Shown here: positions 47,390 through 57,808 of the stretch, in pieces
Position numbering within the stretch: the stretch's first letter is position 1
Layout: each line of letters opens with the position of its first letter
Source of the DNA: Candidatus Kaiserbacteria bacterium
GTDB lineage: Bacteria; Patescibacteriota; Minisyncoccia; Phycocordibacterales; UBA918
Reading direction: 5' to 3'
Assembly (NCBI GenBank): GCA_031430855.1
Contig: JANPCG010000015.1
Span: forward strand, 641 to 64,640
DNA length: 64,000 nt
Made by a program: the position numbers and the translations under genes
Notes under the pieces: model-generated
What the model was told of the DNA's origin: nothing
Databases searched by the model: none
The model's input: only the letters and a program-made list of their open reading frames with translations

Positions 47390-48529
47390 TTAGAGTGACT
47401 CGAGCATCTTCATTACGGCTTCATTCGTCATCACTGAAGCAACATATACACCAACGCGATGTTTGTCTGCATCTTTGTACTGTTCTAGGAGTTGGCTTAC
47501 TTGGTTCTCGAGCTGTAGGGGATCGGGGGTAACATTTTCTACTTTAGCAATTTCATTTAATACGAGTTGGAGTTTTGCTCGTTTTTCAGCCGCCGGGGTC
47601 CATTCCTTCTTCATGTCATCCTGGGTTTTGTTGATATGTTTTAGGTAGTCTTCCATTTTAAGATTGGCGCGCTCCAGGTCTTCGTTCATTTGGGCAAACA
47701 TTTGATTTAACTCAGAATCAATCACAATTTGTGGCAGTTCCATAGTGGTAGCCTCAATAATTGTGTCAGTGATTTTTGCGCGGTGCTTGGCGGTGCCGTC
47801 ACGTTTCTTTTCAATCGTGAGATGTTCTCGGAGTTTGGCTTTAAAATCAACAATGTCGGTAAATTGTCCAGGCTGTCCAAGAGTTTGAACAAGCTCATTC
47901 GTAACTTCCGGTAATGGTAGTTTTGCAAAGTCTTCTTCTGTTTCAATCGGTGTCTCTTCAGTTGGCGGAGTATCTATTCCTTCAGCTATATTTTTGGCTG
48001 CTGCTTTTGCTTGGAGTCTATCGTACGCCATTTTTTGCCGGAGAATATCACCGATTTGTTTTTCGATGTCAGCATCAGTTACCTCCAAAGATTCCTTAGC
48101 GAGGTTGGTTGTTTTAGCAAGTTGTTTATAGTCCGGAAGAGTAATGGTAGGAAGTACGGCTACGGTGGCAGTAAATCCGAGTGGGTTGCCGGTAGCAATT
48201 TTAGTAATAGAAATTTGTGGATACCCAATCGCATCAATCGCATGAGCTTCAAGGATGTGGGGATACATATGATTGATTGCCCGCTCAGCCATTTCAGCCA
48301 AGATTCCCATCTCCCCGACGGTTTTTACAATTATCGCTTCAGGCACATGTCCTGGCCTGAATCCGTCAATTTTGAGGTTAGCTCCGAGATGGGCAATTGC
48401 ACCACTGCGTTCAATTTCTAGTTCAGAGAAAGGTATTTCGCCCGTAATTTTTACTTGAGAACCGGGTTCTTTTGTGACCGTAAAGGCAGTTTTAAAATCA
48501 ATATCGTGGTGATGGTGTGAATGTGACAT
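47390..48529 (-). CDS. tig: Trigger factor (apparently lacking most of the FKBP domain)
   Basis: IDGFRPGHVP ribosome-binding motif; C-terminal domain; adjacent to clpP. Confidence 0.9.
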   Translation of the reverse strand: MSHSHHHHDIDFKTAFTVTKEPGSQVKITGEIPFSELEIERSGAIAHLGANLKIDGFRPGHVPEAIIVKTVGEMGILAEMAERAINHMYPHILEAHAIDAIGYPQISITKIATGNPLGFTATVAVLPTITLPDYKQLAKTTNLAKESLEVTDADIEKQIGDILRQKMAYDRLQAKAAAKNIAEGIDTPPTEETPIETEEDFAKLPLPEVTNELVQTLGQPGQFTDIVDFKAKLREHLTIEKKRDGTAKHRAKITDTIIEATTMELPQIVIDSELNQMFAQMNEDLERANLKMEDYLKHINKTQDDMKKEWTPAAEKRAKLQLVLNEIAKVENVTPDPLQLENQVSQLLEQYKDADKHRVGVYVASVMTNEAVMKMLESL

Positions 48530-48620
48530 AGTACGCGCTAGTGTACTTATATATAGAAGATTTGCAACCTGGTACAAAAAATCCCGGTCAGGAGAGCGGG
48601 ATGCGTACGTTGAGGAACGT

Positions 48621-49037
48621 TTACTCTACTGCAGCTAGCGCAGCATCGAGTTCGGCCTTTATTGGGTTTACTTCAGCAGTGAGATCACCTAAATAGGTTG
48701 ATTCGAGATCGGCCTTAATAGTAGAAAGTTCGTCTGAAGTGCTCACGACATCCATTACTTCAGTACGAGCCTCGGCGGTTGTGCTCTCAGGTTCGTTATT
48801 TTGTAAGGCGGTTGGTCGAAGTTGGGCGGGAATCGCCTCTGGTTTTGCGACGAGGAGGTACCAGTAGAATAATCCAGCCAGGATAGCGACGAGAATCAAA
48901 AAGAGAAGAATTATAATTGGAGCCGAGAGCACCTTATCATTTTTTGGTACTTCAATTTTTTTACTCTTTGAAGACGTCGGCATTCTCATGGCTGCTCCTT
49001 CAAAATTCGGCTCAATAATTTTTTCGTTGTGTTGCAT
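48621..49037 (-). CDS. Single-TM hypothetical protein
   Basis: Hydrophobic PIIILLFLILVAILAGLFYWY segment. Confidence 0.7.
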   Translation of the reverse strand: MQHNEKIIEPNFEGAAMRMPTSSKSKKIEVPKNDKVLSAPIIILLFLILVAILAGLFYWYLLVAKPEAIPAQLRPTALQNNEPESTTAEARTEVMDVVSTSDELSTIKADLESTYLGDLTAEVNPIKAELDAALAAVE

Positions 49038-49047
49038 ACCTATGTAA

Positions 49048-49647
49048 TTATTCGGGTAGTGTACTCGTGGCAGTGCTGGTTGATGTCGACGATGGAAGCG
49101 ATGAGCTCTCCAATGCTTGCACACTTTCACGAAGAGCGGTGTGTGCGGTAACTACCTGTGCTCCAATCGTACCATAGATGTTTTCCAGTCGAACCCATGC
49201 CGTGAGCGGATCACTTGATCCAACAAAAGCCGCCACTTCAGCATCAATGGTTTGGAGACTAATAGTCGCTACTTGGAGTTGGGTCAATGCCTCGCGGTGA
49301 GATTTTCTCGCTTCGGTAACTATAAAACCCTCAGCCTCCATTTTACTCAAGCGCTGCTCGAGTCGGCCAGCCACGTTAGTGAGTCTTCGTACGCTGGCGT
49401 CGAGACGATTACTTAAATTGGCGGCGAGATTTGTGATGCGACTCTGAGCCACTGGTTGTAGTGCCGCTTGGCGGGAATCAACTACCGGAGGAAGGGATAG
49501 TAAAAGTGTTGAAGTACTGGTATTTTCGTTCCGCGTTTCGAGGCTCGAAGTAGTACTTGTCGTAGTTTGGGCAACGGAAAGAAACGGTAATATCACAAAA
49601 ACAGATAGAATTATGAGACGGGCTGTGCAGGATACGATACGCAACAT
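49048..49647 (-). CDS. Secreted helical hypothetical protein
   Basis: Signal peptide, Thr/Ser-rich ends, helical core. Confidence 0.7.
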   Translation of the reverse strand: MLRIVSCTARLIILSVFVILPFLSVAQTTTSTTSSLETRNENTSTSTLLLSLPPVVDSRQAALQPVAQSRITNLAANLSNRLDASVRRLTNVAGRLEQRLSKMEAEGFIVTEARKSHREALTQLQVATISLQTIDAEVAAFVGSSDPLTAWVRLENIYGTIGAQVVTAHTALRESVQALESSSLPSSTSTSTATSTLPE

Positions 49648-49747
49648 ATGGCAGTAGTATAGCAGCCATGCACGGACGAGAGTAGGGCAGTCGTGTAAAA
49701 CAAAAACCACAAGCCGAGACCTATGATTTTTGTGACTTCATTTTGGA

Positions 49748-50668
49748 CTAGAGTTTTAGGACCGGAAGAATTTGTTTTTTGCGGGAGAGAATACCAGGGA
49801 GTACTTCGGTGTCGCTGGCGACTGTGACACCAAATGAATTTTGAATTACCTGCTTCGTGAGGTCATTGTAGGTTAAGACCGTGGCTTCTTCTTTAAGGAT
49901 GTCGACGATAAAAAATAATACATCATCAATATCACCTTCGGTTGCTACTAATTCAGTCATGGCGGCAACAATACCGGCTTTTCTGCTCAGAATAGTTTCT
50001 GGACTGGTAGTTTCTATGACGGAAACGCGGAAATTTTTATCGCCTACGTCATATTTTTTACTATCAAGCTTAATCAGACCGCTATCCGTAAACATAGAGA
50101 CGTCTGATTTAGCAGCGAACATTTGATCAGCGTATTCAATGATGTTTATCTTAAGTACTGCAGCGATAGATTCAGCGACGTCTTTGTCGTGAGGGGTGGT
50201 GGTGGGAGAGCGGAATGCCAAGGTGTCAGAGAGAATGCACGATAAAATCAGTCCAGCAATATCGTTTGGTAGTTCGGATGCTTCTATTTCCATTTCATCA
50301 AACATTACGGTCGCTGTACAGGCCAGCGGTCGGACGGTGATAGTGGCTGGCAATTCGGTAGTTAGTCCGCCTACGAGTTTATGGTGGTCAAGGATTGCTA
50401 TAATCGAAACTTCATTGATTGTTGGTGGTAATTCCTGTGGGTTGTTAGTGTCAACAATAATAACCTCCTCCCCGGCTATTAGTTCCGGTAGTAGTGCTGG
50501 CGTCAGGACACCAAAGTGATTTAGTACAAAAGCAGTTTCTGTATTAAGGTCACCGAGCACATACGGAGTAGCATCACTTCCCGTGTGTGTGTTCAGATAC
50601 CAGGCCCATATAATTGCCGACGCGGTCGCGTCTGTGTCCGGTGAGAGGTGTCCAAAAACTTTTATCAT
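49748..50668 (-). CDS. ppaC: Mn-dependent inorganic pyrophosphatase (family II)
   Basis: GHxxPDTD, LDHH, ILSDT, SRKKQ. Confidence 0.93.
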   Translation of the reverse strand: MIKVFGHLSPDTDATASAIIWAWYLNTHTGSDATPYVLGDLNTETAFVLNHFGVLTPALLPELIAGEEVIIVDTNNPQELPPTINEVSIIAILDHHKLVGGLTTELPATITVRPLACTATVMFDEMEIEASELPNDIAGLILSCILSDTLAFRSPTTTPHDKDVAESIAAVLKINIIEYADQMFAAKSDVSMFTDSGLIKLDSKKYDVGDKNFRVSVIETTSPETILSRKAGIVAAMTELVATEGDIDDVLFFIVDILKEEATVLTYNDLTKQVIQNSFGVTVASDTEVLPGILSRKKQILPVLKL

Positions 50669-50790
50669 AGAAATAATTACGTTTACTAATTGAATCTGTA
50701 GTGTAGAACAAGAGAGAATTGCACGCAAGCGGGCTACCAAAAATCGACACGAGGACTATGTCCTCGTGTCGATTTATTGGAAGCACTCAA

Positions 50791-52200
50791 TTATTTTGCT
50801 TCTGCTTCAGTTCCTTCAAGATCTGTCATCTCCGCTTCTTCGTTAATCAGAGCTTCAGCTTCTTCAGGAGTCTCTACCTCTTCTAGCTGCTCGTCCTCGG
50901 TACTGACGTCACGGTCAGTTGTTGCTTCATCAGCCACTTCTTCGGTCGCAACGATTGATTCCGAATCTTCATTTACCAATTCGTCTTCAGCTGAAGTAGT
51001 GGGGACAGCTTTACTAACTGAGGTGCCATCCGCTTCAGCTACGGCTTCTCCTGTTTGGGCAGAAACAATATCAATTTTCCAGCCCGTTAGTTTGGCGGCT
51101 AAACGAACGTTTTGTCCGCCGCGCCCGATAGCAAGCGACTGTTGATCGGCTGCCACTTCAGCAACCGCGTGACCGCGTTCACTTCCTGATTCGTTCGGTT
51201 CAGTCACAATTTTTACCCCCATGACTTGCGCTGGGCTCAAGGCATCTTCGATAAATTCGCTCGCAACCGGTGACCACTCGATAATATCGATTTTTTCCCC
51301 ACCTAATTCACTCATAACGGTTGAGACACGAACCCCGCGTTGTCCCACCATTGAACCAACCGGATCGATATGTGAATCGTTTGCGTAGACAGCAATTTTT
51401 GATCGTGCCCCGGCCTCTCGAGCTACTGCTTTTACTTCCACGGCCCCGGTTTGTAACTCGGGTGTTTCAATGGCAAACAGTCCGGCGAGGAAATCTGGGT
51501 GAGAACGAGAGAGTTTAAGGAAAATTCCTCGAGGCGTTTCTTCTACGGCCAAGAGAATTGCGCGGATTCGTTCTCCCGGTTTGTATCGTTCGCCTGGCAT
51601 TTGTTCGTCGTACGGCATAATCGCTGTTACGCGTCCGAGGTCAACGTAGAGATTTCCTCGTTCGAATCGCTGAACAATACCAACGACAATATCACCGGCC
51701 TTTTGTCCAAACTCTGCCAAGGCCGACTCCTTCTCTGCTTCGCGGATTTTTTGAACGATAACTTGTTTTGCAGTCTGCGCCGCAATTCGGCCAAAATCAG
51801 CTTTTGATTCAAGGGGGAACATCAACTGTTCTCCTAATGTAGCTCCTTTTTTGATCATTTGAGCAACCCCAAGCATGATGTGCTTTTCTTCGTCAAAGCG
51901 CACTTTTTTGATTCCTTCCGCGTCTGGAATCACATCTTCTTCGTCGATGGTGTCTTCTTCTCCTTCAGCTGGTTCCGGTCGGAGCATGCTTTCATCTACG
52001 ACGATTTTAATCTGATTAAAATTAACGTCTCCAGTATTTAAATCAAAGTTGGCAGTAATAATTTGTCCACGCTTTCCAAATTCTTTTTTATAGGCCGTCG
52101 CTAAAGATTGCTCAATGGCGTCAATCATCTTTTCGCGCTTAATGCCGCGTTCTTCTTCCATCTCAGTCAGTACCGCGTGAATCACTTTTAAATCGAACAT
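50791..52200 (-). CDS. nusA: Transcription factor NusA with acidic C-terminal tail
   Basis: FGRIAAQTAKQV, AREAGARSKIAV, AIGRGGQNVRLAAKLTGWKIDI. Confidence 0.96.
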   Translation of the reverse strand: MFDLKVIHAVLTEMEEERGIKREKMIDAIEQSLATAYKKEFGKRGQIITANFDLNTGDVNFNQIKIVVDESMLRPEPAEGEEDTIDEEDVIPDAEGIKKVRFDEEKHIMLGVAQMIKKGATLGEQLMFPLESKADFGRIAAQTAKQVIVQKIREAEKESALAEFGQKAGDIVVGIVQRFERGNLYVDLGRVTAIMPYDEQMPGERYKPGERIRAILLAVEETPRGIFLKLSRSHPDFLAGLFAIETPELQTGAVEVKAVAREAGARSKIAVYANDSHIDPVGSMVGQRGVRVSTVMSELGGEKIDIIEWSPVASEFIEDALSPAQVMGVKIVTEPNESGSERGHAVAEVAADQQSLAIGRGGQNVRLAAKLTGWKIDIVSAQTGEAVAEADGTSVSKAVPTTSAEDELVNEDSESIVATEEVADEATTDRDVSTEDEQLEEVETPEEAEALINEEAEMTDLEGTEAEAK

Positions 52201-52461
52201 ATATGTATTGTGAGGTATTCCTCTTAGTTGTAAATAATCCTTAAATTCATCACTTTTTGGACAAAGAACGCGCGGGCAAGCGCCCGCGCGGAAGTCATAT
52301 ATACTATAGCTTCCTTTTGTGTGATTGTCAAAATGATAAATCAAACGACATACTGAATTATTTTTTGTGTTTGCAAACAGTCAAAACAAAAATCTGACGG
52401 AAACGTTTGCTATACTATAAGTACGACAAGTTCTTTTGTTCGTTAATTTTTGGAGCATCAC

Positions 52462-54213
52462 ATGCGTATTGCTGATGATCAGTTAAAGCGATTTATTCTT
52501 GATTCCAACCTTGTAACCAAGGCTGATATTGCTGCTGCCGAGAAAGTCTCCAAGGACGAAAAACGAACATTAAGCGAAGCCTTGATTGCCGGAGGTCTTA
52601 TGACCGAAGATGACATGCGGCGAGTAGAGTCATATATTCTTGGGATTCCGTTTGTGTCACTCAAAGACATTAAGATTGATTTTGAAATCCTCTCGCTGAT
52701 TCCTGAGCCGGTTGCGCGGACACATAATATTATAGCGTTTAAGAAAAACGAGTTTACGCTCGAGGTAGCCATGCTTGATACCGCAGATTTACCGGCTATA
52801 GATTTCATTAAAAAAAAGGTAGGATTAAAAATCTTACCCCGCTTGACGGATACCGACTCAATGCGCGGGGCCTTGCGCCAGTATCAAAAAACCCTCAAGG
52901 ATGAATTTGGTGACATTATTATGCGTGACGCCAGCTCACTTAAAGTGGTAAGTGACGCAAATGGTGAAGAGATGTCAGAGGCTGATCTAAAGAAAATGGC
53001 AGAAGATTTGCCCGTGGTACGAATTGTCGACACCCTCCTCCGACATGCCATCATTCAAGGCGCCTCAGATATTCATATTGAACCAATGGAAGAAGAAGTG
53101 TTAGTGCGGTACCGTATCGACGGTATCTTAAATGACGCCATGAAATTGCCAAAGATTGCGGCGGGTACTATTGTCGCTCGTCTTAAGGTGCTCTCTAACC
53201 TTAAACTTGACCAAAAACGACTTCCGCAAGACGGTAGATTTAAAATGGAAATGGATGGACAAAAAGTAGCCTTTCGCGTGTCGATGCTCCCAGTTTATTA
53301 TGGAGAAAAGGTGGTCATGCGTTTATTGCGAGAAAACCGCAGCGGCTTTTCGCTCGAAGGAATTGGTTTTCATGGGAGTACGCTCGAGCGTATTCACAAA
53401 GCAACGCGAGCAACGACCGGTATCATTTTGGTAACAGGTCCAACGGGGTCAGGAAAATCAACCACGCTTTATACGGTGCTTGATCTCTTAAATACGCCGG
53501 AAGTAAATATCTCAACCGTAGAAGATCCGATTGAATATCAGATGGCCCGTGTTAATCAAACACAAGTGAAGCCTGATATTGGTTTTACGTTTGCGGCTGG
53601 CCTAAGGTCTTTGATGCGTCAAGATCCCGACATTATTATGGTGGGAGAAATTCGCGATCAAGAAACGGCCAGTCTGGCTATCAATGCAGCCTTAACCGGA
53701 CACCTGGTCTTAGCTACTGTGCACACCAATTCCTCGTCGGGTACCATTGCCCGTTTAATTGATATGGGGGTTGAATCATTTCTCTTGGTATCAACCCTGC
53801 GGGTTGCGATTGGTCAGCGTCTCGTCCGAAAATTAGCTGATGACAAAATCGCGTACACTCTTACGAAAGCAGAGCGTGACGAACTAGCACTTCATGCCAA
53901 CCTCGATTTTGTATTAGAAACACTCAAAGAAGAAAAAATTGTGAAAGATGACGCGACATGGAATGATATCCCGTTCTATCATCCCAAAGAAAAGGGAGTG
54001 ACCGAAGATGGATATCATGGTCGAATGGGAATTCATGAAGTCTTGGAAATGTCAGCGACCATTAAAAATATGGTAATGAGTAGAGAGACGGGTGATGCGC
54101 TTGAAGCACAGGCGCGCAAGGAAGGGATGCTTACGATGATGGAAGACGGAATTTACAAAGCCGCCAAGGGACTGACGAGTATTGAAGAGGTGCTTCGAGT
54201 CATTAGTGAATAA
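52462..54213 (+). CDS. pilB: Type IV pilus assembly ATPase PilB/GspE
   Basis: ASDIHIEP, GPTGSGKS, EDPIEY, LMRQDPD, TGHLVLATVH. Confidence 0.93.
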   Translation: MRIADDQLKRFILDSNLVTKADIAAAEKVSKDEKRTLSEALIAGGLMTEDDMRRVESYILGIPFVSLKDIKIDFEILSLIPEPVARTHNIIAFKKNEFTLEVAMLDTADLPAIDFIKKKVGLKILPRLTDTDSMRGALRQYQKTLKDEFGDIIMRDASSLKVVSDANGEEMSEADLKKMAEDLPVVRIVDTLLRHAIIQGASDIHIEPMEEEVLVRYRIDGILNDAMKLPKIAAGTIVARLKVLSNLKLDQKRLPQDGRFKMEMDGQKVAFRVSMLPVYYGEKVVMRLLRENRSGFSLEGIGFHGSTLERIHKATRATTGIILVTGPTGSGKSTTLYTVLDLLNTPEVNISTVEDPIEYQMARVNQTQVKPDIGFTFAAGLRSLMRQDPDIIMVGEIRDQETASLAINAALTGHLVLATVHTNSSSGTIARLIDMGVESFLLVSTLRVAIGQRLVRKLADDKIAYTLTKAERDELALHANLDFVLETLKEEKIVKDDATWNDIPFYHPKEKGVTEDGYHGRMGIHEVLEMSATIKNMVMSRETGDALEAQARKEGMLTMMEDGIYKAAKGLTSIEEVLRVISE

Positions 54214-54218
54214 ATCCT

Positions 54219-55445
54219 ATGCCAACATTTACCTATCAGGGAGAGGATTCAGAAGGAAAAAAGGTTACTGAGACAGTAACGGCTGATGATCGGTATGCGG
54301 TGTATGACATTGCCCGGACAAATGGACATACGGTTTCGGGAATAGAAGAGCGGACAGGGATCAAACTCAAGCGCTTGTTTGACATGGAGGCTATTAATGC
54401 TCGGTTGGGACGGGTAAAACAAGACGAGCTCGTCATGGTGACACGAAATCTCGGTTCTATGTTGGTAGCGGGGCTCACTATTACAAGGGCACTCTCGGTT
54501 ATCGAACGTCAAACCACCAATGCGAAGCTTAAGGACGTGGTTCGAAAAATTATTGCACGTATTAACAAAGGTGATCAGTTTAATGAAGGCCTCAAGGATC
54601 ATCCAAAAGTTTTTTCTGATTTATATATTGCAATGGTTCGCGCTGGGGAAGAGAGTGGTAATTTAGCCCAGTCTCTCCAGACGTTAGCGATTCAAATGGA
54701 ACGAGCATCAAATCTCAAGAAGAAAATAAAAGGTGCCATGATGTACCCGTCAATCGTAATTATTGTTATGTGCATCATTGCAGTTTTAATGATGATATTT
54801 GTGATGCCAGCGATTACCGGAGTGTTTGAAGGGATGGGTAAAGATCTGCCAGCCACCACGAAAGCGTTGATTGCGGCAACCAACTTTTTTGCGAACTATA
54901 CCCTCATCGCTGTTGGGGGTATCCTTGCGTTTGTTGTTTCTATCATTTGGGTCCTAGGTACCAAGATTGGGAAACGCTGTACCTCATGGATTGTCACGCG
55001 GCTACCCGTTATCGGTACTCTCGCCAAAGAAATGAACTCTGCCCGTACCGCACGGACACTCTCATCACTCTTGGATTCTGGAGTTGATGTAATGCAGTCA
55101 TTATCGATAACCGAAGAAGTGGTGCAAAATTTCTACTACAAAAAAATTTTACAAACAGCTCGCGAGCGAGTAGAGAAGGGGACGGCGCTCTCAGAATCTT
55201 TTATTGAGCGGTCAGATTTATATCCCGTTCTCGTCGGGGAAATGATTTTGGTAGGAGAGGAAACTGGTCAAATTTCAGGCATGCTTGGTGAATTAGCGAT
55301 TTTTTATGAGACTGAAGTTGAGCGTAAGACCAAGGATCTCTCTACTATTATTGAGCCAATACTAATGGTGGTAATAGGTGCAGGAGTTGGTTTCTTTGCG
55401 CTCGCCCTCATTGCTCCAATTTATTCAATCTCAGATGGTCTCTAG
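54219..55445 (+). CDS. pilC: Type IV pilus platform protein PilC/GspF
   Basis: Two T2SSF repeats: AGEESGNL, AMMYP, GEETG, IIEP. Confidence 0.92.
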   Translation: MPTFTYQGEDSEGKKVTETVTADDRYAVYDIARTNGHTVSGIEERTGIKLKRLFDMEAINARLGRVKQDELVMVTRNLGSMLVAGLTITRALSVIERQTTNAKLKDVVRKIIARINKGDQFNEGLKDHPKVFSDLYIAMVRAGEESGNLAQSLQTLAIQMERASNLKKKIKGAMMYPSIVIIVMCIIAVLMMIFVMPAITGVFEGMGKDLPATTKALIAATNFFANYTLIAVGGILAFVVSIIWVLGTKIGKRCTSWIVTRLPVIGTLAKEMNSARTARTLSSLLDSGVDVMQSLSITEEVVQNFYYKKILQTARERVEKGTALSESFIERSDLYPVLVGEMILVGEETGQISGMLGELAIFYETEVERKTKDLSTIIEPILMVVIGAGVGFFALALIAPIYSISDGL

Positions 55446-57168
55446 ACATATCACAAAGAAAAATGGCTTTTCTCTCGTAGAGGTTTTGATTGTCTCAGCC
55501 ATTATGGTTATTGTATTTGGCGGTTTGATTATGGGGGTAAAGTATACACTTGATTTGATTTCAATTAGTCGAGCAAAATTAACGGCACTCACCGTCGCGA
55601 ATAATCATATGGAATATATACGCTCTCTTTCCTATAACGCAGTGGGAACGGTAGCCGGTATTCCGTCGGGCGCTATACCGCAAGTGAGTACTACCTCACT
55701 GAATCAAGTCGTCTTTACGCGCACCACTCTCGTGGAGTACATTGACGACGACGCTGACGGTAGTGGTGTCGCTGACAGTAATAGTATTACGACAGACTAC
55801 AAACAAGCAAAAGTTACTATTTCTTGGGAATATCGCGGCGTGCCGTATGAAATATTTTTAGTCAGTAATATTATTCCTCGATCGATAGAAACAAGTGTCG
55901 GTGGTGGGACGCTCCGGATTAATGTGTTTGATAAGAATGTTGCACCCTTGCCGGGAGCGACGGTGCGTTTGCTTAATACAAGTGCTACGACTACGGTTGA
56001 CGTGACGAGGATGACCGATGCGACAGGCATTGCCCTGTTTGGTGGGGCACCAGCCGGTCCTGATTATCAAGTATTTGTGAGTGCTCCAGGGTATTCATCA
56101 GATCAGACGTATGTTGCGACGACGTCACTTCCGAACCCAACTACCAGGCCGGCTACGGTATTAGAGTCAGACATTACGACGATGAATTTTTTTATCGATC
56201 GTGTTAGTGATGTTTCGATTACCACCTATGCCAGTCGTATGGAAGCATTCTCCGTCGAGGAATTTATCGATACAAGTGGTGTTGCTACTACTACTGCAGC
56301 GGTTGTTGTGGGGGGGCAGTTAGTGCTCGAGGATACTGCAGGAGTGTATCAGCCAACCGGAAGGGTACAGTTGATACCGGTGTCGCCAGGAAGTTTAGCT
56401 CATTGGGAACGTATTGTATTTGAAAGCGTCCTCCCCGGGGGAACAGGTTACCAAGTCCAGGTTTTTACGGGCACCTCATCTCCTGTTCTTATTCCTGACT
56501 CTGATTTACCAGGTAATAGTCTTGGTTTTTCTGGAGGAACTATTGATTTGGCCGCGCTTGATCCCGTACTGTACCCAGGTATCATTATTGGCATTACTCT
56601 CACTACGACAAATCCCTCAGTTACTCCACAAATTCGATCTCTCAAGACCTGGTACATAACGAGCGAGACAGTTGAGCCTAATGTTGACCTAACCCTAACT
56701 GGCGGGAAAACAATTGGAACGCGCGCGGACACGTCATTGGTTTACAAGTCAGTGATTGCAACGACGACTAATGGTTCAGGGGAGAGAACGCTCCAAAATA
56801 TCGAATGGGATGGGTATACCGTTCGGGCGAGTGGATATGATATTCGCGAAGCGTGCCCCGCGAACCCTTTGGTCGTTGAGCCTGACGATGACATTGATCT
56901 TGGGGTAGTGCTGGCTTCTAATTCTGCACATAGTCTGCGAGTAGTGGTGCTTACCGCTGGAGGCATGACGCAATCAGAGGCTGAGGTTACGCTCACGCAA
57001 GGAGCTTTTTCGAGTACTGAAACGACAGGATTATGTGGACAGGTATTTTTCAGTAGCTTAAGTTCAGCTCCTGATTATAATCTTTCGGTTACGACTCCAG
57101 GATTAGGAACTCAAGTAGTAACGGCTTTTGATATTACCGGTGATGTTGTGCAGGTAGTACAATATTAA
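55435..57168 (+). CDS. Large minor pilin with C-terminal beta-sandwich domains
   Basis: Prepilin cleavage site NG|FSLVE. Confidence 0.85.
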   Translation: MVSRHITKKNGFSLVEVLIVSAIMVIVFGGLIMGVKYTLDLISISRAKLTALTVANNHMEYIRSLSYNAVGTVAGIPSGAIPQVSTTSLNQVVFTRTTLVEYIDDDADGSGVADSNSITTDYKQAKVTISWEYRGVPYEIFLVSNIIPRSIETSVGGGTLRINVFDKNVAPLPGATVRLLNTSATTTVDVTRMTDATGIALFGGAPAGPDYQVFVSAPGYSSDQTYVATTSLPNPTTRPATVLESDITTMNFFIDRVSDVSITTYASRMEAFSVEEFIDTSGVATTTAAVVVGGQLVLEDTAGVYQPTGRVQLIPVSPGSLAHWERIVFESVLPGGTGYQVQVFTGTSSPVLIPDSDLPGNSLGFSGGTIDLAALDPVLYPGIIIGITLTTTNPSVTPQIRSLKTWYITSETVEPNVDLTLTGGKTIGTRADTSLVYKSVIATTTNGSGERTLQNIEWDGYTVRASGYDIREACPANPLVVEPDDDIDLGVVLASNSAHSLRVVVLTAGGMTQSEAEVTLTQGAFSSTETTGLCGQVFFSSLSSAPDYNLSVTTPGLGTQVVTAFDITGDVVQVVQY

Positions 57169-57172
57169 GCAT

Positions 57173-57805
57173 ATGGATACTCCCCTCATTAATCATTGTT
57201 GTCCTAAAGCACTGAGAGGATTTACGATTGTTGAAATGATTGTCGTCATTGCCGTTAATACCATACTCATGCTAGCGATTACTTCTACTGTTGTTTCAAT
57301 TTATCAAACAAATGCGTATTCAATTGCTCAGGCAAACGAAATTGATGCTGCCCGTCGCGGTATTGCTGTTTGGACGCAGGACGCACGAGAGATGACGCTC
57401 GCCGCAACGGGGGCCTTTCCCGCCGCCGTTTTAGAGAATAACCGAATGGGTTTTTATAGTGATATTGATAAAGATAACTTGGTGGAATACGTCGAGTACA
57501 CCCTCAGTACCACGACATTACGAAAACGAAGCTACAACCCGGTAGGTTACCCTCCGGTATATAGCACAACGACTGCAGACTCCACGGAAGTTCTCTCTGA
57601 GTATGTGCAAAATATCACTCAAGCATTACCCGTCTTCACGTATTATGATAGTAATGGAGTGGTGTTGGCTTCTCCATCAGCAATGATATCTGATGTCCGG
57701 TATATTACAATAAAATTGATTGTAAATATTGACCCAATTAGGTCGCCGGGGGAGTTCATGTTGCAGAGTAGTGCTGCGCCCCGTAACCTCAAAGATAATT
57801 TATAA
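57173..57805 (+). CDS. Minor pilin (PilW/PulJ-like)
   Basis: RG|FTIVEMIVV. Confidence 0.85.
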   Translation: MDTPLINHCCPKALRGFTIVEMIVVIAVNTILMLAITSTVVSIYQTNAYSIAQANEIDAARRGIAVWTQDAREMTLAATGAFPAAVLENNRMGFYSDIDKDNLVEYVEYTLSTTTLRKRSYNPVGYPPVYSTTTADSTEVLSEYVQNITQALPVFTYYDSNGVVLASPSAMISDVRYITIKLIVNIDPIRSPGEFMLQSSAAPRNLKDNL

Positions 57806-57808
57806 ATT

